From: Candidatus Latescibacterota bacterium
GTDB taxonomy: Bacteria; Latescibacterota; UBA2968; UBA8231
Reading direction: 5' to 3'
NCBI GenBank assembly: GCA_965223905.1
Contig: CBDCXV010000010.1
Span: 1,536,001 to 1,600,000, forward strand
DNA: 64,000 bases
The translations under genes were made by a program, and so were the position numbers. A model generated the notes under the pieces. It had not been told where the DNA came from and ran no database searches. It saw only the letters and a list, made by a program, of their open reading frames with translations. The number at the start of each line of letters is the position of its first letter. Position 1 is the stretch's first letter. This document shows positions 51,823 to 61,216 of the stretch, one piece after another.

Positions 51823-51967
51823 AGTTTTTTTCGGGGCTGCCCAAAAAAGAGAGGTTTGCAAGGCCGGCCCTGAAGAGGGGAGGTTGCGGAGGTACGGGGG
51901 ATCTGCTTCGGTTGTGCAAGGTGGCCGGGGTCGTACGGTCTCCCAAGGCGTCAACCCTGACGCGTTG

Positions 51968-53113
51968 CTATACCGCCAAAGGCGGCTGGCCGGGTCTCAG
52001 CTGTTGGAGGAACTGATCGACAGGCAGGCACAGGACTCCGTCCACCACCAGCCGCTCGGCGCCGCGGTACAGGTAGACGGGCTTCCCCTCCGGGTAGTCC
52101 TCGCAGAAGGCGCGCAGCCCTCGCAGGTCCGAGCCGCGTACCGCGGCCGTGTTCTTTACCTCGAAGGCCCACAAACCCAGCTCGCCGTAGATGACGAAGT
52201 CGACCTCGGTCCCGGAGGGTGTCCGCCAGAAGGACAGGCTGTGCCCGGCAAGTGTCAGCTCCGCCCACGCCCGCAGGTGCTGAGCCACCAGCCCTTCCAG
52301 GGCGCCGCCGTCGATCTCCTCGGGACGGTCGAGGGGTCCGGTGGGGCGGAGGGAACGGAAAACCCCGGCGTCGAAGAGGTAGAGCTTGGGCCGGGAGGTG
52401 ACCTGACGGCCGGCGCGCCGGCGGAACACCGGCAGGCGAAAGGCGAGCAGGAGGTCCTCCAGGATCTCGACGTATCCCTCCACGGTCTTGCGCCCCACTG
52501 CGCATTCCCGGGCGAGGTTGCTGACGTTCAGCAGGCTTCCGTGGGAGAAGGAGACCGATTCGAGGAAGCGCGTGAACTGCCCGATGTTTCGCACCAGTCC
52601 CTCTGCCTGGACCTCTTCGCGCAGGTACAGCGACGCATAGGCCCGCAGCGCATCCGGACCCTCGCGAGATACCAGGGGCAGCATGCCCTCGCGCAGGGCG
52701 CGTTGGAGATCGAAGCTCCCGGCCAGTTCGGCGGCCATGAAGGGATGCATGGTTCGCAGCACGGCCCGGCCGCCGAGCAGATCGACTCCGGTCCTGCGGA
52801 TCTTGCGCGCGCTGGAGCCGGTCAGGGCGAAGATCGTTCCCCTCGAGTCGATGAGGCTGTGGACGACGTCGAGCAACTCCGGCACCTTCTGCACCTCGTC
52901 GACGACGACCGGCACGCCCTCGCTGCCCAGGACGAGATCCCGCAGGCGCTCGGGGCGGGCCAGGAGGGCTCGATGGACCTCGGGCTGGAGCAGATCGACC
53001 CAGAGCGCTTCCGGGAATCGCTGGCGCAGCCAGGTCGACTTGCCGGTTCCCCGGGGTCCGAAGAGAAAGAAGCTTCCCTGCGGCGGGCTAAAAAATCTCC
53101 CTACAATCTCCAT
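51968..53113 (-). CDS. AAA+ ATPase with DUF4143 / PD-(D/E)xK nuclease-like C-terminus
   Basis: GPRGTGKS, VVDEVQK, TGSS, KLYLFDAG, EVDFV..FEVK. Confidence 0.9.
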   Translation of the reverse strand: MEIVGRFFSPPQGSFFLFGPRGTGKSTWLRQRFPEALWVDLLQPEVHRALLARPERLRDLVLGSEGVPVVVDEVQKVPELLDVVHSLIDSRGTIFALTGSSARKIRRTGVDLLGGRAVLRTMHPFMAAELAGSFDLQRALREGMLPLVSREGPDALRAYASLYLREEVQAEGLVRNIGQFTRFLESVSFSHGSLLNVSNLARECAVGRKTVEGYVEILEDLLLAFRLPVFRRRAGRQVTSRPKLYLFDAGVFRSLRPTGPLDRPEEIDGGALEGLVAQHLRAWAELTLAGHSLSFWRTPSGTEVDFVIYGELGLWAFEVKNTAAVRGSDLRGLRAFCEDYPEGKPVYLYRGAERLVVDGVLCLPVDQFLQQLRPGQPPLAV

Positions 53114-53124
53114 TTCTGGTCCAT

Positions 53125-53147
53125 ATTTGGAGTTATTATCTCCAAAT
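53125..53147. promoter_or_regulatory. Palindromic operator upstream of the AAA ATPase
   Basis: ATTTGGAG-N7-CTCCAAAT. Confidence 0.65.
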
Positions 53148-53236
53148 TGCGTCCTCCAGAGTAAAGAGGCAAGCTTTTTGGCCCCTTTTAGTGGACTTAA
53201 GCTGTGGCCGGCTGCCTATTTCACCTCGATGCATCA

Positions 53237-55228
53237 ATGAAAACGGACCCTGACCCTTCCAGGTGTGCAGCCGATTCCAGCCCCCTCCCCTCCGGCGAGG
53301 CGGAGAACCCGGGGTACGTGCGTCCGGCGCGAGCGCTGGTGGCCGGCTCGGCCATGAGCGCCGCGGTCGCCTTCTGGGGGCCCTACAACTGCCTGGTCGT
53401 GCGCGGCTCCTACATGACCATCGACTTCACCACCGCCGCGGCCATCTTCCTGGTCTTCGTCGCCGCCCTGTTCGTCAACGCCGCGCTCAGGCGCCTGCTC
53501 CCCGGCCTGTCGCTTTCCGCGGGAGAGCTGTCGATCACCTACCTGATGGCGGCCATCGCCTGCTCGATCTGCACCATGGGACTGACCCTGTACCTGGTCC
53601 CGATCCTGCCGGCGATCTCCTACCTGGCGACCCCGGAGAACGAGTGGGCCCAGGACATCCACCCCCATGTGCCGGACTGGCTGGTGCCGCAGGGAGAGGA
53701 GGCGATCCGCGCTTTCTACGAGGGGGTTGCCCAGGGCGAGCCGGTTCCCTGGATGATCTGGATCAAGCCCCTGCTGGGGTGGGTCCCCGTGCTGCTCGGG
53801 CTCTACCTGGTGATGATCTCCCTGGCGGTGCTGTTCCGCCGCCAGTGGATGGAGCACGAGCGCCTGGCCTATCCGCTGGCCCAATTGCCGCTGGTGATCT
53901 GCTCACAGGAGCCGGGCAGGGCGCTGAACGGTTTCCTCCGCAACCCGGTGATGTGGGCGGGGTTCGCCGTGCCCTTCCTCATCACCTCCATGAACGGACT
54001 GCACGCCTACCTCAACTTCATACCGGGAGTCAGCCTGTCGGCGGGCATCCCGGTTCTGCGCAACCTCGAGCACCTCTCCGTCAACGTCAGCTTTCCGATG
54101 ATGGGCTTCGCCTACCTGACGCCGCAGGAGGTGACCCTGAGCATCTGGCTGTTCTATCTGCTCGGGTACGCCCTCAGGGGGTACTTCACCTACATCGGCC
54201 TGTCGCGCCCCCTGCACCTCGACATCTACGGGCAGAGCGACGGCGGTCCGATCCTCGCCTACGTGCAGTTCGGGGCCCTGATGGCGCTCACGGGCTACAC
54301 CCTGTGGACGGCCAGGCAGTACCTGGGCCAGAGCTGGAGGGCGGCCGTCGACGGCGAAGGGAGCGGCAGCGGCGAGTTCTCCATGCGCAAGGTGTACGCG
54401 CAGCTGATCCTGGGACTGGTGCTGATGACGGGGTGGTTCATCGCCGCGGGGGTGCCCTGGTGGGCGTCGGCGACCTTCGTGCTGGTCGCCGCGGCCACCT
54501 TCCTCGGCATCACCCGCATCCTGTGCGAGTCGGGCCTGGCGGCCACCCGGGCCCAGCTGATCACCCCCACCGTCGTGCGCACCATCTACGGCACCGGCGC
54601 GCTGGGAGGGCCCGGGGCGGTGGGCGTGCTCGCTCTGGGACAGGTCTGGATGAGCGACGTGCGCACCTTCGTCATGGCCTCGGCGGCCAACGGCCTGAAG
54701 GTGACCGAGTCGGTCGCCCGCAAGGGGGTCGTCCTCTGGAGCATGATCATCGCGGTGCTTCTGGGGGTGGGGGTGTCGGTCTGGACGACCCTGTACTACG
54801 CGTACCAGTCCGGCGCCAACAACGCCAACTCCTGGTTCTTCCTGAGCGGGCCGCGCTACACCATCGACTTCGCGGCCAACTTCCTGCGCACCCCCGTAGA
54901 CCCCGACCTGGCCGGGATGGGACTGATGGGTCTGGGCGGGGCGATCATGCTCGGCCTCTACTGGGTGCGGGGCCACGTGCTGTCGTTCCCCGTCCACCCC
55001 ATGGGACTGGCCGTGTCGCAGATGATGCTGACCCGCCACATGTGGTTCAGCGTCTTCCTCGTCTGGCTCGTCAAGGCGGCGCTGATCCGCTACGGCGGAC
55101 CGAACCTGCTGCGGCGGGTGCGCCCCTTCTTCCTCGGCCTGATCCTCGGGCAGTTCGCCGCCATCGCCTTCTGGCTGGCGGTCGACCTGGTGACGGGCGC
55201 CCAGGGCCACGGTCTCTACTGGGTGTAG
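53237..55228 (+). CDS. Large polytopic membrane protein (DUF6785/DUF6784-like)
   Basis: RRQWMEHERLAYPL; C-terminal HPMG..WFSVFL..RYGG..PFFLGLILG. Confidence 0.75.
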   Translation: MKTDPDPSRCAADSSPLPSGEAENPGYVRPARALVAGSAMSAAVAFWGPYNCLVVRGSYMTIDFTTAAAIFLVFVAALFVNAALRRLLPGLSLSAGELSITYLMAAIACSICTMGLTLYLVPILPAISYLATPENEWAQDIHPHVPDWLVPQGEEAIRAFYEGVAQGEPVPWMIWIKPLLGWVPVLLGLYLVMISLAVLFRRQWMEHERLAYPLAQLPLVICSQEPGRALNGFLRNPVMWAGFAVPFLITSMNGLHAYLNFIPGVSLSAGIPVLRNLEHLSVNVSFPMMGFAYLTPQEVTLSIWLFYLLGYALRGYFTYIGLSRPLHLDIYGQSDGGPILAYVQFGALMALTGYTLWTARQYLGQSWRAAVDGEGSGSGEFSMRKVYAQLILGLVLMTGWFIAAGVPWWASATFVLVAAATFLGITRILCESGLAATRAQLITPTVVRTIYGTGALGGPGAVGVLALGQVWMSDVRTFVMASAANGLKVTESVARKGVVLWSMIIAVLLGVGVSVWTTLYYAYQSGANNANSWFFLSGPRYTIDFAANFLRTPVDPDLAGMGLMGLGGAIMLGLYWVRGHVLSFPVHPMGLAVSQMMLTRHMWFSVFLVWLVKAALIRYGGPNLLRRVRPFFLGLILGQFAAIAFWLAVDLVTGAQGHGLYWV

Positions 55229-55513
55229 GGCCGGCCAAGGCGGGATTTCCTCCGTTGCCCGGGCCGGCCTCCGGCAACGACGAATACTTCACCTTGTCCG
55301 AGGGTCTGACATCGGGCGCATGGCAGCCGGGAGGTCGAGGTTGAGCAGCGAACTCGAGCACCGGGTTGCAGCTATGCCGGCAAGGGTCGGAAGACCTTGC
55401 CGAACTATCCGGAAGCGGCAAAGAGATACAGCCCGGGAAGCACCAGTCGCAGACCTCGGTGGGGGCGGGGGCCCCGCGACAGCAGCCTGGTCCGAATCTT
55501 GAGGAGGTGAGAA

Positions 55514-56287
55514 GTGTTCCGACTGTCGGTTTGTGAAGGCACCGTGTTGCGCGGTCTATCGTTCCTGGAGCGGGTACGCGCCATCGCCCGGGCCGGATTC
55601 GGGGTCGACCTGTGGGGCTGGGAGGAGAGCGCCATCGATGCGATTGCCGGGGATCCGGATATCGAAATCTGCGCCATGCCAGGCTGGGTCGGCGGCAGCA
55701 TGGTTCACCCGGACGGAGTCGAGGCCTACCTCGCCGGCGTGAAGGAGAACCTGGCCGTAGCCGAACGGTTCCGGTGCCGCAACCTGAGCATCACCACCGG
55801 CGCGCTCGACGCGCAGGGGCAAATGGCTCACGCCGTCGCCGGACATCCTGCCACGATGTGGATCACCGCGTACAAGTGCTTGGCCCGGATGGCGGAACTG
55901 GCCGAAAAGCACGGTGTCGTCTACAGCCTGGAACAGCTGAACACCAAGGTGGACCATGCCGGCTACCCCCTGAACCACACAGAAGACGTGGTGCGGCTGA
56001 TCGAACAGGTGGGAAGCCCGCGCATCCGGTTGTTGTGCGACATCTACCACATCCAAGTCGAGGAGGGGAACGTCGTCCAATCGATCCGCGACTACTGCGG
56101 ATACATCGGCTACGTGCACGTGGCGGACGTACCGGGCCGGCATGAACCCGGTACGGGGGAGATCGACTACCGGCGAATCGCGGAGGTGCTGCGCGAGGTG
56201 GGTTACGAAGGGGTGATCGGCATGGAGGCGTTTCCCGAAGCCGACGACCTCGGGGCCATGGGGCGTTTCCGCGACCTGTTCACCTGA
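55514..56287 (+). CDS. Hydroxypyruvate isomerase family TIM-barrel
   Basis: EQLN..DHAGY, DIYHIQ, HVADVPGRHEPGTGEI. Confidence 0.88.
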   Translation: MFRLSVCEGTVLRGLSFLERVRAIARAGFGVDLWGWEESAIDAIAGDPDIEICAMPGWVGGSMVHPDGVEAYLAGVKENLAVAERFRCRNLSITTGALDAQGQMAHAVAGHPATMWITAYKCLARMAELAEKHGVVYSLEQLNTKVDHAGYPLNHTEDVVRLIEQVGSPRIRLLCDIYHIQVEEGNVVQSIRDYCGYIGYVHVADVPGRHEPGTGEIDYRRIAEVLREVGYEGVIGMEAFPEADDLGAMGRFRDLFT

Positions 56288-56386
56288 GAAAGTTCAGCGT
56301 GAACGGGGACGCTGATGGCGGCGCAATTCTACTATGGCGCCGGCATTCACGAGCCCGTCTCGACGTGAGGCACTGACCGCCCCCTT

Positions 56387-57109
56387 TCAGACAGGCTGAT
56401 AGGCGGAGGGCTCCAGCACGACGATGGAGGGGCGGCCCGGCCCCACCGCAGGCAGGGGAAACCCCACGGTGTGGTGACGCGGGTAGATGACGGGATCGCG
56501 GGGCCGGCGCTCGAGAAACGCGTCGACCGTGGTCATCCCCGCGGTGAGCGGCGGCAGGTTGTAGTGCATCGGCACGATCCATGCCGGCTTCAGGAAGTCG
56601 ATCATCGGATCGAGCTCCTCCAGCCGCAGGGTCAGATTCTCACCGACAAGGGCCAGCAACACGTCGCAACGGCCGGCGAAGGGGGCGAGCTCGTCTTCGC
56701 CGATCCCGTACCCCAGGTCGCCCATGTGCAGGAACCAGAGGCCGCCGGCCTTGAAAGCGTAGAGCGCGTTGTCGTCCGGGCCTTCAGGGTGGTGAGGTGC
56801 CTCGGCCGCCTGCACGGCAACCATCGGCTCTCCGTCGATGTGCACCTGGCGCCGGCCCTGGGCGACGTCGAGGGCGTCGATCACCCGGGGCTCCCCCTCG
56901 ACAGCCTGGACGTGTGAATGCCCCTCGTCCGTCAGCGAGCTGACAATGACTAAGTCCGCCTGCAGCCGGAAGTCGAGTACGGCGGGATCGGCTATTCCAC
57001 AGGCCGCGGAAACGACCTCGGGATTGTAGGGGTCCATGGCGATGGTAGGACCTTCGTCCCGCCTCAGATGAAAGCATGCGAGGCCAACCCACTGAAGATG
57101 CACGGCCAT
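56387..57109 (-). CDS. MBL-fold metallo-hydrolase
   Basis: MDPY, HMGDLG, VPMHY. Confidence 0.8.
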   Translation of the reverse strand: MAVHLQWVGLACFHLRRDEGPTIAMDPYNPEVVSAACGIADPAVLDFRLQADLVIVSSLTDEGHSHVQAVEGEPRVIDALDVAQGRRQVHIDGEPMVAVQAAEAPHHPEGPDDNALYAFKAGGLWFLHMGDLGYGIGEDELAPFAGRCDVLLALVGENLTLRLEELDPMIDFLKPAWIVPMHYNLPPLTAGMTTVDAFLERRPRDPVIYPRHHTVGFPLPAVGPGRPSIVVLEPSAYQPV

Positions 57110-57113
57110 GCTG

Positions 57114-58124
57114 TCAGTCTCCCCCTTTCTGCGTCAGGCCGCCGGCCCCGTCGATGCCGGCGATCTCCCACCACTTGGCGCCGGACGGCCTCTCGATCAC
57201 GAGCGGCTTGAGAAACGACACCGATTTTTCCAGGCCCTCCTCCACCTCGAAGTACTCGCTTTCCATCTCGATCGAGATCGCGTGATCGTAGCCGAGGAGG
57301 CGCAGCGTTGAAATGAACTCGCGCCAGGCCGCTTCGTCATGGCCCCAGCCGGCCAGCGTATAGGTCCAGGAGCGGTCCGCGAACTGCTCGGAGGAGGTGC
57401 CGTCCATCATGCCGCGCACCCGGGCGTTGTGCCGGGAGACGAGGATGTCCTTGGCGTGGACGTGCTGGACCAGGGGACCCAGGAAATGCAGCGCCTCGAC
57501 CGGGTCGATTCCCTGGTACCACATGTGCGAAATGTCGAAGTTGCAGGCTGCGACAGGGCCGATCTCCTCGCGGAGCCGCTTCAGTGTCACCGGGTTGTGG
57601 ACCATGTCGCCGCCGTGCATCTCGAAGCAGAGCGTCACCCCGTGGTCCGCAGCGATCTTCCCGTGCTCGCGCCAGTACGGGAGCAGCCGCTTCTCCCACT
57701 GCCATTTGAGGGTATCGCGCAAAAAAGGCCACTCGGCGAAGGTCACCCAGTTGGGTGCGGTATCCCCCTCGGCCCCTTCGGGAAGGCCGGCAAGCAAGGT
57801 GATGCGCCGGAGGCCGGCCAGCTCCATGAGCTCGCAGGTCTGCCGGAACTCGCGGGAGTAATTCCCGGCGACCGCTTTGTCGGGCATGAGCGGCGCCCCG
57901 TGTCCCCCGAGCGCGCTGATCTCGAGGTCATGGCGGGCGAAGGCGTCGAGCCAGCGGTCGATCTCTCCCCTGTCGGCGAGGAGCTTCGCGAGATCGCAGT
58001 ACCCCCGGCCCCAAAGTCCGCAGGCACCCACCTCTATTGCCTGGAATCCCATGTCCCCGGCGTACTGCAGACCTTCCTCGAACTCGAACTGCTCCAGGTT
58101 CTGTGAAATCACGCCGAGTTTCAT
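57114..58124 (-). CDS. Sugar phosphate isomerase/epimerase
   Basis: FEMHG, NFDISH, HVHAKD, SIEME. Confidence 0.88.
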   Translation of the reverse strand: MKLGVISQNLEQFEFEEGLQYAGDMGFQAIEVGACGLWGRGYCDLAKLLADRGEIDRWLDAFARHDLEISALGGHGAPLMPDKAVAGNYSREFRQTCELMELAGLRRITLLAGLPEGAEGDTAPNWVTFAEWPFLRDTLKWQWEKRLLPYWREHGKIAADHGVTLCFEMHGGDMVHNPVTLKRLREEIGPVAACNFDISHMWYQGIDPVEALHFLGPLVQHVHAKDILVSRHNARVRGMMDGTSSEQFADRSWTYTLAGWGHDEAAWREFISTLRLLGYDHAISIEMESEYFEVEEGLEKSVSFLKPLVIERPSGAKWWEIAGIDGAGGLTQKGGD

Positions 58125-58235
58125 CCCTCACCTTTCGAGTGACAGTCGACGACGAAATGTGTCAGGACCGGAAATCGACCTGTCCTCGGTTGGCCTTGTC
58201 CATGTCTCCCATGCCCCCGCTCACACCGCCGCCGG

Positions 58236-59036
58236 TCAGCAGGTCCCGAGCGCGTCCTGAAATCGAGACAGCGTTTGCGTCAGGGCCTGGCGTTTGAGGA
58301 CCAGGTCGACCCCGACGAAGAAGACCCGGACGCCGAGGTCGCGGTAGTACCCCGCCTCTTCGATGCTGAATGCGCCGGCCGTGGTGATCTTGCCGGCCGC
58401 GGCCGCGGCTCGGAACACCCGCTCGATCTTCGGGGCCTGGAGCGCCTTGGCCTCGTCACCGAAGAGCCCGAGACCGACGGCCCAGTCCATCGGGCCGACG
58501 GTGACTATGTCGATGCCTTCGACCGCCAGGATCCCGTCCAGTGCTTCGCAGGCCTCGTCGCTCTCGATCATCACCATCAGATGGGTGGCGTCATTGGCCT
58601 CGCGCAGTCTCTGCCGCGGGTCCGGACCCATGGTGAAGTCCGTGCCGGCGCTGGAGCTGGAGACGCCGCGCTGCCCCAGGGGTGGGTACTTGCCCAGCTC
58701 GACGAAGCGGGCAGCCTCGCCGGCGTTGCGCACGTCGGGCAGTGCCAGGACCTGTATGCCCCCGTCGAGCAGGCGCTGCACCTGGGTGCGCGACAGCTCC
58801 GGCATGCGCACGAGCGGCACCATGCCGAGGTGGGTGATGGTCCGGCCCAGCCGCAGGGTCTCCGCCGTGGACTGGGGGCCGTGCTCCATGTCGAGCCAGA
58901 CGACGTGGTAGCCGGCCTGCGCCATCAACTCGATATCGGTGAGGGTGGCGTCGCGGCAGATCACTCCGTACAGGGCCTCGTGTTGGTCCAGCAATTCTCC
59001 GAGGCGGTCGTTCAGGGGCTGAGGCTCGTTCTCCAT
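58236..59036 (-). CDS. HpcH/HpaI aldolase
   Basis: WLDMEHG, KYPPLGQRG, VMIES, VGPMD. Confidence 0.9.
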   Translation of the reverse strand: MENEPQPLNDRLGELLDQHEALYGVICRDATLTDIELMAQAGYHVVWLDMEHGPQSTAETLRLGRTITHLGMVPLVRMPELSRTQVQRLLDGGIQVLALPDVRNAGEAARFVELGKYPPLGQRGVSSSSAGTDFTMGPDPRQRLREANDATHLMVMIESDEACEALDGILAVEGIDIVTVGPMDWAVGLGLFGDEAKALQAPKIERVFRAAAAAGKITTAGAFSIEEAGYYRDLGVRVFFVGVDLVLKRQALTQTLSRFQDALGTC

Positions 59037-59132
59037 TGGTGTTCCCTTTATCCAGCGTGGTTAACAAGGTCTGCTATCGGGCGGCCAACCTGCCATATGC
59101 CACGGATCGCGCCGGCCATCCGGTGGAAACCG

Positions 59133-60383
59133 TCAGGGTCCCAGCGCGCCGATGGGGATCACTCCCACGTCCCCGGTTCCGGCGGTACCGTACCCATTCG
59201 GCACGATCACCGCGAGGGCTGACGGCCTGTCGCGGTCGCTGTGCTCCATCCGGCCGGCCAGCTTGCGAAGGTTCTTCGCGCCTTCTTCCACCCAGCGTTC
59301 GCCCAGCTTGATCTCGAACGCCGCCCAGCGCCCATCCGCGGCCTCGACAATGGCGTCCACTTCCAGCCCCTCCTTTTCCCGGTAGTGGAACACCTGCGCG
59401 TCTGCGGCCTGGGCGTACACTCGCAGGTCGCGGATGACCATGGACTCGAACAGAAGACCGAGGAACTCCAGGTCGGCCGTCAGGCGGGCGGGCGTGGCTC
59501 GCAACGCCGCAACGGCCAGCGAAGGATCGACGAAGTGCCTGACGGGCGCTTCCCGAAGGGTCGTGCGGGATCGCAGGTGAGGCGACCATGCCGGCTGGTT
59601 TTCCACCACCATGAGCCGGTCCAGGGCGTCGAGGTACGCGGCAACCGTGTCCGCCTTCAGGGGGGCGCTGTTGTCGCCGACCTCGGCGGTCAGCTTCGAC
59701 ATGGCCACCGGTGTAGCAGTGTTGCGCGCCAGCGACCGCAGCAGGCGTTCCACCTTGACCGGATCCCGTGTTTTTCCGCTGACCGTCGATACGTCGGTGC
59801 GGCGTATTTCGTCGAGGTAGGCGCGATTCGCGCGCAAGGTCTGCGGCAGGGCCTTGCCGATGTTGGCCGGCCAGCCGCCGGCGCATACAAGCTCGGCGAC
59901 GGTCGCGATCGGCAGCTCGGATTGCTTCGCCCGCTGTTCGGAGCCGTCCAGGAGCCGCTGCAGGGAGAGCTCCCCGGTGGATTGTCCGGTCTCGTACAGC
60001 GACATCGGGCGCATGCGCAGCCGGGCGAAACGGCCGGCGCCGGTGTGGCGGGTGATGTCGTCGGCGGGAACCGCCGAACCGGTGAGAATGAACTGGCCCG
60101 GTCCCGAGCGCCGGTCGACGGTCCTGCGCACATGGTTCCAGATAGCGGGTTCGAGTTGCCACTCGTCAATCAGTCGCGGTGTGTCTCCGTCCAATACGGC
60201 CGCCGGATCCGCGCCGATCATGCGGCGGGCGTTGTCGTCGACGTCCAGCAGCACCTCGCTTCGAGCCGCCTGCATCGCGGTAGCCGTCTTCCCGGATGCC
60301 TTGGGCCCTTCCACAAGGACCGCACCGGTGACTCCAAGCAGCTCCGCAAGTTCGGCATCGACGATTCGTGGCAGGTATGTCAT
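59133..60383 (-). CDS. AAA+ ATPase with DUF4143 / PD-(D/E)xK nuclease-like C-terminus
   Basis: GPKASGKT, LIDEWQ, ILTGS, HTGAGR, HFVDPS, EVDAIVE..FEIKLG. Confidence 0.92.
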   Translation of the reverse strand: MTYLPRIVDAELAELLGVTGAVLVEGPKASGKTATAMQAARSEVLLDVDDNARRMIGADPAAVLDGDTPRLIDEWQLEPAIWNHVRRTVDRRSGPGQFILTGSAVPADDITRHTGAGRFARLRMRPMSLYETGQSTGELSLQRLLDGSEQRAKQSELPIATVAELVCAGGWPANIGKALPQTLRANRAYLDEIRRTDVSTVSGKTRDPVKVERLLRSLARNTATPVAMSKLTAEVGDNSAPLKADTVAAYLDALDRLMVVENQPAWSPHLRSRTTLREAPVRHFVDPSLAVAALRATPARLTADLEFLGLLFESMVIRDLRVYAQAADAQVFHYREKEGLEVDAIVEAADGRWAAFEIKLGERWVEEGAKNLRKLAGRMEHSDRDRPSALAVIVPNGYGTAGTGDVGVIPIGALGP

Positions 60384-60414
60384 GGGTTTGCCGGCAAGCA
60401 AGGCGTTCGGGAGT

Positions 60415-60443
60415 ACAGTAGCCCGGCCAAGCTCGCAACGCAA
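60415..60443 (-). promoter_or_regulatory. Putative sigma70 promoter of the ATPase gene
   Basis: Minus strand TTGCGT-N17-TACTGT. Confidence 0.45.
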
Positions 60444-60452
60444 GCCCCAACG

Positions 60453-60533
60453 GGTGATTCGGCGGGTTATCAGCAGGTGATTCGGCGGAGGATCAGAGGG
60501 TGATTCGGCGGATGGCTAGCGGGTGATTCGGCG
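60453..60533. repeat. Four-copy repeat array, 12-bp invariant core, 23-bp period
   Basis: GGTGATTCGGCG at 60453, 60476, 60499 and 60522; linkers GGTTATCAGCA, GAGGATCAGAG, GATGGCTAGCG. Confidence 0.95.
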
Positions 60534-60925
60534 TTCCAGGGACGACATTCGCTCCGCTTCCAACACGCCGCCGTAGACATTGCGGAACACATGCCGAAAC
60601 CGAAGGTACTCGCCGAGCGTCCTGGCAAGATCCCGGTCGATAACAGCCGGTCGGACCTCGGGGATGTCGAGCGTCATGTCATCGACCAGGTCCCGGTGCC
60701 ACTGGTCCCCTCGCGGAACACCGCCGTTGAGCTCGCGCGCGATGCGCAGAAAGACGCGTTCAACGCCGTTGTAGAAATCGTGCAGAATCGAGCCGCGAGC
60801 CCGCAGGGAATAGATGTCGTCCTGTTGTGGGGCATTGGGAGTTCCTCGCCCAAAGTGGACAGGCTCGCAAGCTCGGATTCGATTTCTGCGGCGAGCCGTC
60901 TGGCCAATACCTCTTTCAGCTTCAC
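60516..60925 (-). pseudogene. HepT-like HEPN RNase toxin, frameshifted and 3'-truncated
   Basis: After a frameshift near 60838: LHDFYNGVERVF..WHRDL..VRPAVI..YLRFRHVFRNVYG; the frame stops inside the repeat array. Confidence 0.8.
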
Positions 60926-60990
60926 AGCTCGACCCTGCTTTCGCTTACGACGCGACGAAGGGAGGTTGTGGCCACTTCCAGGGCGGTCAG
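60922..60990 (-). pseudogene. Probable C-terminal remnant of an MNT antitoxin
   Basis: LTALEVATTSLRRVVSESRVEL* with GTGA overlap into the HepT start. Confidence 0.45.
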
Positions 60991-61216
60991 GTAAACGGGG
61001 AAATCGGTATTGCCAGCTGCCTCATCCAATGGGAAATGGGTACCCGGATGTGGGGTGAGCAGGGTGATCCGGTCCACACCTTAGGAAATATGGTTTTGAC
61101 CATTTATCGGCACTAAGGCTTGATTTCTTATGTAATCTCGGAGACTCGCATCTCTGTTGAGGACTTTGGTAAGTCTTCTTTTTTGAGTTCTAAATAACTT
61201 CTTCACCCGGTCGGTT

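Noticed and set aside
60453-60533. Repeat array as a CRISPR or mini-CRISPR
   Set aside because: The 12-bp repeat and 11-nt linkers are far too short, the linkers resemble each other, and there are no cas genes.
61040-61060. Possible IS terminal inverted repeat pairing with the element at 63.76 kb
   Set aside because: No convincing inverted match or target duplication could be established within the window.
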